DNA from: the human T2T-CHM13v2.0 reference genome, Homo sapiens
DNA length: 64,000 nt
NCBI RefSeq assembly: GCF_009914755.1
Contig: NC_060936.1
Strand: one strand, 5' to 3'
Below the pieces are notes generated by a model, which was not told the DNA's origin, did no database searches, and saw only the letters and a list, made by a program, of their open reading frames with translations. Made by a program: the position numbers and the translations under genes. Shown one piece after another: positions 47,383 through 58,900 of the stretch (position 1 is the stretch's first letter; the number at the start of each line of letters is the position of its first letter).

Positions 47383-48160
47383 GGTCACAAAAGGTTATTT
47401 GAGCTCCTCATAAATGTGGGAAACAGATATGTAGCTCTCTGTTAGGGTTCACAAACTCACACCTACAGGGGCCGGGCAGGGAACGTGAATGAATAAAACA
47501 AACGTCAGTGCAAGGCGTTAGGGCATGGTAAGGATTGCAGCAAACTGGCCAGTCCGTGTCCGAATTAAAAATGGATGGGCTGGGGGGCTTCTACGGGGCT
47601 CCAGACTCCAGTCAGTCACTACCAGGTGGAAATATAGATCTTGCTCCCAGATATAAGTGATCGCTCAAGAGAAGGTAAAAATCTGTTTTTTTTTTAGAAA
47701 AAAAAAAAGTGAATTATCCTATTTTGAAATGTTGGCTACTGATTCAAACTTTTTAAAAACACTGTGCAGTCCAAATCCATCCTGCAGAGGCAAAGGCCGT
47801 ATTAGGCCCAAGGATCACCCACTTGTAAACTCTGCCCTACGTTTAGAGGACATTTTTGCCCTTCAGGAACCGTGTTAGTAATTCGCAAAAGCACAGGGGT
47901 GATTTAGGGTCTTGAGCTCAGTGGACAGTATTGCTGCTTTCCCCGACATCGTGGACGCCCACAGGCAGATGGAAAGGTCAGGAATACAGATGAGGAAAGA
48001 GCCGATCTGGCCTCAGCTCAGAAGCCTTCACAAGCTACAGAGGCCTTACCAGAGAAATCTCCCTGCTTGCTCAGTTTTGCAACCGGCTCTGGAACAAGTG
48101 ACCTGTCAGGCTTCTATGCCTAGGACTTGAAGGGACGTGGAGGCTTCTTTACTTGGAAGC

Positions 48161-48511
48161 TGATAGCGTTTGGCTGTGTCGCCACCCAAATCTCATCTTG
48201 AATTGTGGCTCCCATAATCCCCATACTTCATACGTGGGACCCGGTGGGAGGTAATTGAATCACGGGGGCGGGTCTTTCCGGTGCTGTTCTTGCGATAGTG
48301 AGTAAGTCTCACGAGATCTGATGGTTTTATAAAGGGGGTTCCCCTGCACACTTGCACGCTCTTGCCGTGACTTTGCTCCTCGTTTGCCTTCCGCCATGAT
48401 TGTGAGGCCTCCCCAGCCACGTGGAACTGTGAGTCCACTAAGCTTCTCCCCTTGATAAATTACCCAGCCTCGGGTATGTCTTTATTAGCAGCGTGAGAAC
48501 AGACTAATACA
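48161..48511 (+). mobile_element. THE1 (C/D-like) solo LTR
   Basis: TGATAGCGTTTGGCTGTGTC...GAACAGACTAATACA; TSD-like GAAGC/GAAGG. Confidence 0.92.
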
Positions 48512-49054
48512 GAAGGGAAGAAGGCAAGAATATCTCTCCAGCAACCCAATTAAAAATCTCAGGACAGTTCAGGCCCCTGGAGGCTTTTACTTGAGTCAAA
48601 TCCTCAGGAAGGCCAGCACTGCTCCTGTAAATCACTGTCTTCCTCCTGGGATGGAAAGGGACCAGGAAGCCAGAGTGCCCAGCGTGCCAGGGTTTCACTG
48701 CCAGATGTCTAGAAGGCCACATCCAACCGAGATGCCCAATTCCAAAAACGTCCACAAGTCAGGAGGTAGAGTGGGGCAGATGTGTGGGGCTGGCCCAGGA
48801 CGGGGATGTTTGTTTTTGTTTGGGGGCCTGTAGGCCTGGGAGCTATTAACAAATGCCTATTAATCTTCCTGTTGGTTTCAGGGGGCAAAATTAGAGCCAG
48901 AAATGAGTCTGGAGCTACATGGACCTAGGAAGAATATTTAGAAGCCCTGCCCTCATGAACTGGGAAGGAAGAAAAGACACCTTCCCCCACAACGCCACAG
49001 GAGCTATCAAATGTGCTCTTTTTAAAGTCATTTCTATTCTTTAAAAAAATGCAC

Positions 49055-49605
49055 CATTTTGGTGCAGCCACTGTGAAAAGCAGCATGGCGCTTCCTCAAA
49101 CAATTAAAAACAGAATTACTCTGTGATCTAACAATTCCAAAATGTGTACGGCCATGTCCATTTTAGCATTAGTCACGATACCCAAAAGGTGGAGGCAAGC
49201 CAGTGTCCACTGAAGCCTGAAGGGATCAACAAAATCTGGTATATACATGCAATGGAGTGTGGTTCCACCTAGAAAAGGAGGGAAATTCTGGCACCTGCTA
49301 CACAGGGGTGAACTCGAAGACATTATGCCAAGTGAAATAAGCTGGTCACAAAAGGACAAATACTGCGTGATTCCATTCATAGGAGGTGCCTAGAGGAGTC
49401 AAGATCACAGAGACAGAAAGAATAGTGGTGTCAGCGACTGGGGAGTTAGCGTTTGATGGGCACAGGGTTTGTTTTGCAAGAGGAAGAGGTTCTGGAGATT
49501 GTTTGCACGGCACTGTGGAGCTGCTCAACCCTACTGAGTTGTACACTTAAAAGTGGTTAAGATGGTACATTTCACATTATGTGTATTTTTACCACAATTG
49601 AATTA
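49055..49605 (+). mobile_element. L1MB-type 3' end
   Basis: GGTGCAGCCACTGTGAAAA, GACATTATGCCAAGTGAAATAAGC, CACAAAAGGACAAATACTGC. Confidence 0.85.
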
Positions 49606-50339
49606 TTTTTTAAATGCACCCATTTTAAATGGATAATTCCCTGTGCTTTGACAAATATAACACCACCAACTAAAACAGAGATGTTCCTCTCACTCTACTA
49701 AGTTCCCTCATGCCCTTTTGCAGTCTGTATTATTTCTAAACATCCTATTGGATTAAAATTTAATTAAGTAGAAATGATATCTCCAATGCCCTGGGTCTGC
49801 TCCAAGCCTAAAATCTCTGAGGCTACCAGGAGCCATTTCACATGCAGGTCCCCTTCTGCCCGGGGCCCACGGGCCTTTCCCGAGGTGTCTGTGGGGGTTT
49901 ACAGGGGCAGGGAGGCACCATAGGAAGGATATTTGCTTTGGCTTCTTCAAGTCTAATGAACGCCAAGGTATTGAATGTAACAACATTAAAGCTTCTCCTC
50001 CTCACACACATACACGTGCACACACACATGCACATGTGTGCATACACACGTGCGCGCAGACCCCCCCACCCCCCAGCAGCTACCAGCCTCTTAGCTCAGT
50101 CTTCTATGCACTATAAATTTGCCAAGCCAGATTGCTCTTCTCAGCCACCCCTACACCTGGCACCTATGCCCAACCGGGAATCTGTCCCCTGGGGCTCTTC
50201 ACCTAAACGAGGGCTGCCCTGGGAGAGTGGACTCAGACCAGCCCCCCAGGGCCTTGGCCCCCTGCTTTCAAATCCCTTGACTTTTGCCCATTAAGATTTG
50301 TCAGTGAACATCGTCCCCTGGTGGAAAATCTAGGACATA

Positions 50340-51020
50340 ACAAATATGTATCTGAGCTTCTGCGGTATTTCCTAGAATTTATTCATTCCAAAATATTTGC
50401 GAGGGAAATAACTTTTCGGTGGAGAAATCCAGAAGACGCAGCCTTAACCAAGGGTTCAAGGTTAATGTCATCTGTAAGATGATACGATGACATCTCGAAC
50501 CCTCCCAACACTAATGCATTGGGAAGGACGTTGTCACTTCCATGGTGTTCTTGTCCCAAGATGCATAACCACAATTTCACCACTAGAAAATATCAGACTA
50601 ACCCAAGTTGAGAGACCAAATAACTACAAAATAACTGACCAGTCGGTTTTGGGCTGTTCACCCAAATGAGAGCTCAAACAAGAACAGTTCTGTCAAAGTC
50701 ACAAAGCAATAAGGAAAGACGGAGGATTGGTCACAGATCAGAGGAGACGAAGGAGACGTGATGAGTGAACGCCATGTGGGGTCCCAGATTGGACCCTGGA
50801 TCAGGAAAACGACCTCATGGGAAAACGTGCAATCTGAGCAAAGGCTGAGGTCGAGTTTACGGTGATGCACAAATGTCCATTTCTTAGTCCTCATTCTTGT
50901 CCTGTGACGATGCAAGATGTCAACACCAGGGGGAGACGAGTGAAGGGTATACAGGAATCTCTGTGCTGCCTTTGTAACTTTTCTGTAAGTGCAAAATTAT
51001 TTCAAAATAAAACGTTTTTA
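50340..51020 (+). mobile_element. L1MC4-type 3' UTR
   Basis: AACCAAGGGTTCAAGGTTAATGTCA, ACCCAAGTTGAGAGAC, TGTAACTTTTCTGTAAGTGCAAAATTATTTCAAAATAAAA. Confidence 0.75.
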
Positions 51021-51309
51021 AAAGTTGCAGGCCTTTTTCCAAATATGGAAGGCCCCGGTCTACATGCTGGGAATACAGTTCCTGCTGTATGGAACCTGCA
51101 TTCTAGTAGGAGAGATGGCACACAAACAGACCAAGTAGGTGTGTCTGCATTGAGTAACAACCCCTACAAAGCAAAGTGAGGGAGTGCCAGGGGCTGGGGG
51201 AGGCTGGGGGCTGGGGGCTGGAAGAGAGTGGGTCAGGGACCAGCTCTCTGTGGAGATGACTCTGGAGTAGGAACCTGAGTAAGGGAGGGTAGCCCCCGCC
51301 CCCAACTCA

Positions 51310-52130
51310 ATTCATTCATGAATTCAACAGCTACTATTTGAGAGTCTGCTGCATGCCAGGCACCTGGGGATACAGCAGTGAGCAACACGGACTCAAATCC
51401 CTAGTGATGTCCTAGGGATGCTCACATTCTAGGAGGGAAGAGAAAGAAAACGAGTCACTAAGGAACACAGTGTGTTCCATTGGGGAGGAGCTGGCAGCAC
51501 AGGGGGGTGCCTGTGCTTTTCAAACAGTGCGTGCCATTAACAACAGGCCTTACAGAGCAAGTGACAGGGAATGCAGGCCTGGAAGAGGGGGCAGATTGAG
51601 AAATTCTGGTGAAGGGAACAGGATGTGCAAAGGCCGAGAGGTGGGAGCATGTTTGGCAAACTCAGGGATGCCAGTGTAGCTGCAATGTGGCACAAAAAGG
51701 GGCAAAGGGGGCCAGATATGCCAGGCCTTGTGGACTGCAGTTTGGATTTTATTTCCGCCCTCTGGAGGATTCTGGGTAGACGAAGGACAGAGTGGCTCCA
51801 TCCTTTGTTCGAGACCAGTGAGCAGATGCTGGCTGGAGGATGGACTGCACTGGGTGTGGGTGGCGAGACGTCGCCTGCTGCAGCTGGGTGACAGAGCACT
51901 GGCCCCAGGACAGTGGTAACAGCGGACGTGGTATAAAGAAATTCAGATTCTAGGTTCGTTTTGAAGGTGGGGCTCACAAGGTTGAAACAAATGGATCAGA
52001 TGCAGAGAGTGACGAAGAAATCAGTTCGGAGTCTCCCCAAGGTTTTTGGTTGGAACCCAACATCTGGAAGAAGAGAGGACTGCAGAGGGTGATGTAGATA
52101 AAGGGCAAAAATCGAGTACTGCATTTCATG
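51310..52130 (-). mobile_element. L2 fragment(s)
   Basis: TTCATTCATGAATTCAACAGCTACTATTTGAG, GGGAACAGGATGTGCAAAGGCCGAGAGGTGGGAGC. Confidence 0.75.
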
Positions 52131-53817
52131 TACGTTTCAAATGCCTATTTGCCAAATATGTAAAGGGGTAAAATGAGCCTTCCATAACTCTTCTGGGAAA
52201 AAACAAGAACGGACATGTATTGAGTGTCTACTGCAGGCAGTAGACACTCAATGCCTGTCCCATCCATGCGGGGATCACTGCATTTCTCTCTGCAGTAGGT
52301 GAAGGCAGTGCTGTGAGCATCACATGTTACAGGCAAGGAAAGAGACACAGAGAAGGCCCATGGAGAGCAAGCCACGGCAGAGCCAGGACATCGATAGCAC
52401 ATCCGGGCTCTAAACCACGTATTTTTGAAATGTTAGGGAGGGAACTTGGAGAAAACAGATCTTGTCTTGGAAGTGTAGAAGGTTCCAGAAAAACGACCAG
52501 GTAGGATGGTAGGAAGGAACTCATCTCTCCAAGGCTCAGGGCATGCAGCTATTCCACTTGACCATTCGGTCTGTTGAATGTCTCCTCTGTACCAGGCAGG
52601 AAGGGGCCGTGGGAGAAGAGTCCACTGATAACACAGTGTTGTCGGTGCCCTGATGGGGCATCAGCTACTCTGGGAGTCCCAGGAGGGACAGAGGGGCCAG
52701 CCCAAAGCTAGAGATGGCTGCGCAGAGGCAGCAAAGACCAGAGAGTTTGGGCTTTATCAGCACCAAGACTGGGGTGAGAAGTGCCTCAAGCAGAGACGGC
52801 TTTCTAGGTGTGAGCCGCATGCAAGGTGGAGCTTTAGTCAACGAAGCGGAAACAAGGACTGCAAGACTTGAGGGTTTCCAAGGCTCCTGTGAGAGGAGCT
52901 CCCTCTCCTGTTGATTTCTGTTGCTCCTCTCAGTAACTCAAACTCAGGTGGAAGTCACAGCATGCTGGACCTAGTTCTGTCCCTGTCCCGCACTGTGTTG
53001 CCTTGGGAGACCAGCCTAAGAAGCTTGCTCAAGACCAGATCATGGTGAACCTCGTTGGGTTCCCTGCCTAGGAAGTTGGACTTCACTAACACCAGTAATA
53101 GCTTGGAGATTGGATTGAAAGAGGCAGGTTGCAGACAGGATGGCATGCAAGGAGGCCACCGTTGAGATCTGGGTAAGAGGTGAGGGGAAGGAATTGTGGG
53201 GGGGGACATAGGACATGGTATCCGGCAGGTCTTGGTGATGGAGGAGTCGTGATCTAGATGCCTTCATTGTTTCTGCCTGGGGCAACTGGAGACCTGCAAG
53301 AATCGTTCGGGTCCTGGATCTATAAGGCCCTAGACAGAACCCAAATCCATGCCTACCTGAGATGATCTGGCAGGCAGTGAATGTGCTTGGCACTGTAAAC
53401 CAGTTCCCCCACCCTCCATCTTGGTTTCTAAATGGTGTCTGAAGAATATTCTGGGCAAAAGGCACTCTGTAAGGACAGGGTTTAGCCGGAGTTGGAAGCA
53501 GGTAAATTGGTCTCTGCTCTTTCCCATGTGCCATCTCCCACCTTCCTTGGCTACAGGCTCTCCTTTGGCCTCATGCTCTGCAAGATCCTTTTGCCATCCT
53601 CCTCGAAGATGTGAGATCTTCCCTCTTGTAGCTAAGCCCGAGAGGCTACCTCGACACACTGTTCCGAGCTACAGGGAGAGGCCCAGAAGAGGTCTTTTTC
53701 CAGCTGTACAATCAGGACACTCACTCGGGGCGTCTGATTCTGTGTCCTCATAGTGGTGTGGAGGGAACAGCAGGACTGAGAACTGCGCTCTCCATCCCCA
53801 TCCTGGGGCAGGGAAGG

Positions 53818-54175
53818 TGTATTAGTCCATTCTTACGCTGCTATGAAGAAATACCTGAGACTGGATAATTTATAAAGGAGAGGTCTAATTAACTCACAGT
53901 TCCACGTGGCTGGGGAGGCCTCAGGAAACTCACAATCATGGCAGAAGGCACCTCTTCACAGCGCGGCAGGCCAGAGAATGGGTATCCAGCGAAGGAGGAA
54001 GCCCCTTATAAAACCATCAGATCTCGTGAGAAATAACTCACTATCACAAGAACAGGATGGGGGAAACCACCCCCATGCTCCGATTATCTCCACCTGATCC
54101 CTCCCACAACAAGTGGAGATTATGGGAACTACGATTATGATGAGATTTGGGTGGGGACACAGCCAAACCTTATCA
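53818..54175 (-). mobile_element. THE1D/MSTA-type MaLR solo LTR
   Basis: TGTATTAGTCC...CAGCCAAACCTTATCA with exact 5-bp TSD GAAGG. Confidence 0.92.
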
Positions 54176-54299
54176 GAAGGAAAAGCTCATAACGGTGCAG
54201 AGAGGTGGGTACCACTGTAAATTCATAGTCTCAGGCCCGCTCATTGTTCTCCTCGGTTCTCATCCCTGATCTGCACCAAGGCTACTGCACATCCTGAGA

Positions 54300-55540
54300 C
54301 CCACCCACCACTTCCATTTAACACTCCTTGGCATCCTCCTTCACAAGGAAAGGAACAAAGCCATCAACCAAGGCTCTCTCTCCATCAAGCTTCCGGGTCC
54401 CTCCTCCTTGGACCCATCTGTCACTCACGTCCTTCCCTGTTCTGGCACTGACGTGTGCTCCAGGCCTCAGCAAATTAAAAAGCAAACCAATCAGCCCCCC
54501 TGACACCTCCATGTCCTACTCTGGCTACCTGCTTTCTCTCTGCTTTGTTCCTGCATGCACTGCAGTCTGGCCTCTGCCCCGTCCTCCCCGCTGAAATCAT
54601 TCTCAGCAAGGTCACCAGTGGCTGCCTTGTTCCCATAGCCATTTTGAGGACAGCTGTCTAACTGCTGAGGCCAGAAACCTCCCGCGTCCACAACCCACTT
54701 CTGAAACCGCACACCCTACTTGGTCAATAACCACTTTCTGTTGATTGTTTTTCAATAGCCCTCTCTCCCTCTTCACTATCCATACCAGGGTGTGGCCCAC
54801 CATTATTCTAGCTTCCATTTTTACCCCCTTCCGATAGCCATAATAGTTGTTTTTTTTTCTTTCTTTCTTTTTTCTTTTTTTGAGACAGGCTCTCACTCTG
54901 TTTCCCAGGCTGGAGTGCAGTGGCACAATCTTGGCTCACTGCAACCTCCACCTCTCAGGTTCAAGTGATTCTCGTGCCTCAGCCAAGAAGCTGGGACTAC
55001 AGGCACCTGCCACCACGCCCTGCTAATTTTTGTATTTTTGGGTAGACACGAGGTTTCACCATGTTGGCCAGGCTGGTCTTGAACTTCTGACCTCAGGTGA
55101 TCTACCTGCCTTGGCCTCCCAAAGTGCTGGGATTACAGGTGTGAACCACCTCCCCCAGCCATGATAGTTCTTCTAAAGGTCAATCTGATCATTAACTTGC
55201 TTAAAATGCCTTCGTGAGTCCTCATTTCTCTCAGACGTGTCGGGCTGACCTGCAGGGGGCTCCTGTGGCCTCACGTTTCTGCATATGCTGTATCCTCCAC
55301 CTGGAACACACCCCACCTCTGACAGCTGCCTCCTATTGGCTCTGCGGAGCTTCTGAAAATACCACTTTTCCAGAAAGCTTTTCCCAGAGTGTAAGCACTC
55401 TGTCTTCACCCTATCCCAGATCCCCCACTAGGCTGCACCTGCTCTCACTAGACTATGCGCTGCCCCAGGCCAGGGATGATGCCTGCCTTATTTCTTGTGG
55501 TTCCCCCATGCCTGGTTCCAGAGAAGATCCGATGACTTTT
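54300..55540 (+). mobile_element. Degenerate L2 fragments
   Basis: CTCAGCAAGGTCACCAGTGGC, TCTGATCATTAACTTGCTTAAAATGCCTTC, CACTAGACTATGCGCTGCCCCAGG. Confidence 0.65.
54849..55160 (-). mobile_element. AluSx
   Basis: Full antisense dimer; TSD-like AT(A/G)ATAGTT. Confidence 0.92.
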
Positions 55541-56759
55541 AGAATGGAGAATCTGAGAATGACAAAACATGGGGATGAGGGGAGAAGAGAGAGAGATATT
55601 CAAGATGACACAGACTTCAGGGTTGATGAGCAGGAGGAGAAGAAGAGTTTGAAGGAAGAGGTTCAGGGCTATGTCTGGAGTGACCCTGAGCTTCCAGGTC
55701 GAGGCATCTTGTGGGAAGATGGAGATACTGAATCTACAGCTACAGACGTGGGAGTCATGGGGGAAGGGCTGATTGTCTCTGGAAACTATAGAAGGGCCAT
55801 GCTGAATTTTAACACAATAATGGCAGCCGGATGTCCTGTCTGCTTTACCACCTGCCTGCCTATCCACACTGTCCTAGCAGAAGTTAAGCTGACTTGGACA
55901 GATGTTTCTCGAAGTGTGGGCCACCAGTTCCTGGATCCAAGTCGCCTGGGGAGGGAGGGAATTAAATGCAGATCTGTGGGCCCTGCCCCCCACCAACTGG
56001 ATCAGGATCTGGGGTAGCCTGGGAATCTGAACACTAACCAGCTCCCGGAGATCAAGGATTGAGACTTTGCCAAGACAGATGCAGAATAAGCAATGGGTGA
56101 GGAATTAAAGGTGTCAGCAAGACAGTAGCCGAAATGGATGGCTTGGTTATGCTGACAGACTGGACATGGGAGGTGCGTGTGTCCTGTCATAGCAACAGGC
56201 TGCTGGGGACATCCCAGAGGACCCGTAGGGCTCACACATCGCCCATTGCTCGCATAGCTTTAGAGGACAGTCCCTTGTGTCATAGATGCTGACCTCCTAG
56301 ACTGATTTCCACCTTAAAGATAGGACTACAGTCGGGGGTTCATGTATCTCTTTATCCCCTAGCTTGGGGCCTGGCACCTTAGGGGCACATATCCTGTTAA
56401 CAGAATCATCAAATTCCTTCTGCAAACATGTTACATTTATGTGTAACAGCAGCTGGGAGTGCCTAACGGTAAGACAGTCCCTGAGTAACACTGACTTCCA
56501 CATTTGTTGGGGAAGAAGCCTGTGACTAAGGGAGTTGCCTAAAACTGAAGGGCAGTGTCCAAGGAAAAGGATGAAATAATTTGGCTCTGACTAGCAGGTG
56601 TTACCCTGTGGCCTAGGAAATGAACCCCACACAGTTTGAGTTCACATCCATTAAATCCCGAGAGAATGAGAACGGGGTTGGAACGGGTGGATCCAAGGTG
56701 CTGTTTTTATTAGAATGGAATCTACGGAATGAGAGGAGCATGGTGGATGTCTGTGGACT

Positions 56760-58900
56760 GTGTAAAGGTCATCACTGATGGAATTAGGTAATGGAGGTTT
56801 CTTTCCAAAACACGTTAAAAAAAAAAAGGCAAATGGCAGAGTCCATACACAAAAAAGGCAAAACTGAAGAGTTAAAGGAAGCAAATAAATCTGTATGTGT
56901 ATTTATAAAAATTGGCTGACAAGTCAAAGTATAACATGAAACAGGAAATGCAAAGGCAAAAATTACCCTATTCAAATAAAAATAGTATTGTTCTCTTAAG
57001 AAATAAAATACAAGAGTTTGTATGAAGTACACCTGACACAAAATGACAAAGGTTGAAAATAAGTGGTGGGCCAAAGATATAACACTGGAATTCTAATCAA
57101 AGGAAAGAGGGGCGGTATTAAAAGGATAATTTAAAGCAAAGAGCATTATGCAGAACAAAGGGTGATTATACAGAGATAAATTATATAATACATAAACATC
57201 ATTAAACCTTTATGCACCAGTAAGGAAGTACAAAGGAAGACCAAACTTCCAGCAGGAAATTTTAACTCCTACTGCCTGCCTGGGACAGAGGTTGAGGTCC
57301 GAATGGGGTGTAGAAAACAAACAAAAACAATATACTCAAGACACAATTAGTTGCTACCAAATCTTACACCCCAGCTGTACTGGCCCATAGGATCACCACT
57401 ACCCCATGTGGCTGTTGATCATTTTGAAATACGGTGAGTGTGACTGAGAAACTAATCTTTTAATTTTATTAAGTCTAATTAATTTAAATTTAATTTAAAA
57501 ACGGAAGCAGTGCATTTTTTCTGCTAAATCCCTTTTTTTTTGATAGAACTACATTTTTCCTCAACTATTGAAAATCTAGCATCCAAATGTAGACGTGCTG
57601 TAAATGTTAACTACATACAGATTTCAAAGACTTACTGCAAAAATAAGAATGCTACATAGTTCACTGATAATTTTCATATTGATTTTAGGTTGACATGGAA
57701 TAAGAATTTGGATATATTTGGTTTTATTTAAAATTAATTTCACCTGTTTATTTTTACTTTTTAAATGTGGCTTCTAGAAAATATTAAATTACATGTATGG
57801 TTCACATTCTATTTATATTAGGCAACACTGCCCATGAAATAGGACACACCTTGTTTTGAAGATTTCAGAGAATGCAAGATTATGTTGTAGCATAGGAGAA
57901 TATTACAGCGTGAGAGACTTTAAGAGAATTTTCCTTAACAAAAACGGATCAAAAAAGAAATAAAGAACCAAGAGTATAAAAATAAAAATGAAAACATTAA
58001 GCATCAAGACTTGTAGGATGTAATCAACTTAAATCTAGTGCCAGATTTCATCCCTTTTAGCGTTTGACATCTCAAACGATAAAAGCAATTTTATCCCTTT
58101 TAGGGTTTGACATCTCTGAGAATCTGATACAAAGACTGTCTCCCTAAAAAAAAATGCACATGAAGAATTCTGCATATAATTTGAGGAGGGCCAACACATC
58201 CAGAAGCCCCCAGGCTATAATGCCTATATCATCAAAAGTGAAAATAAATTAACTAAGCAGGCAATTAAAATTCAAGCAAAATGAAACATAACTCTCAAGG
58301 AAACTAGGAAAAAGAATAAGAAGACAAAGCCAAGGTACAAACAGCAGAATTGTTAAGTCCGTGAGCTGTTTCTTTGGAAAAATCAAACAAAAACTAAAAA
58401 AAAAAAATCAAACTGCTAGAAAAATCAATCGAGGTGGAATAAAAGCATTAATATTGCTAGAAATGGAAAAGAGCATACATCACCAAAAAGTTTCAAAATT
58501 AAGGGGGTATTCTGCACCATTGCATTAAGTAATACATTTGAAAAACTCATTTTTTTCCTGTAAAAATCTAAATTAACAAAATCAACAAAAGAAATGGAAA
58601 CCCCAAATCAACCAAAAACGAAAAAAAAAAAAATTCCTGTTTTGTAAACCGCTTCCCCAAAAGGCATCAGGATCTGATGAATTTACTGGTAAATTATTTC
58701 AGATTTTTGAGGTGCAACTAATTCTACTCTTTCAACAGTATCAGTATTTGACAAACATTTCGTGAGTGCCTACTTCAGTCCTTTATTCAGTCTCAGCCCA
58801 ATAGAAAGTTGGTGTCATGAAAGATAAACTCTTTGGGCTCACGGAAAATGACGGGGAAGTTCATTGGTTCATCTTATCAAGCAAACGTGATCTTGACCCC
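56760..58900 (+). mobile_element. Highly degraded L1ME-type ORF2 remnant
   Basis: A-rich; TTCTTTGGAAAAATCAAACAAAA, CAGGATCTGATGAATTTACTGGTAAATT. Confidence 0.55.
57372..57830. mobile_element. MER33-like hAT-Charlie element
   Basis: CACCACTACCCCATGTGGCTGTTGA, GTGACTGAGAAACTAATCTTT, TATATTAGGCAACACTG terminus. Confidence 0.7.

Noticed and set aside
55214-56017. Longest ORF (267 aa)
   Set aside because: GTG start, overlaps L2 and MER5A-like relics, no domain resemblance; chance ORF
58046-58115. ~27-bp near-tandem duplication ATCCCTTTTAG(C/G)GTTTGACATCTC
   Set aside because: Two copies inside degraded repeat; ordinary slippage or repair product
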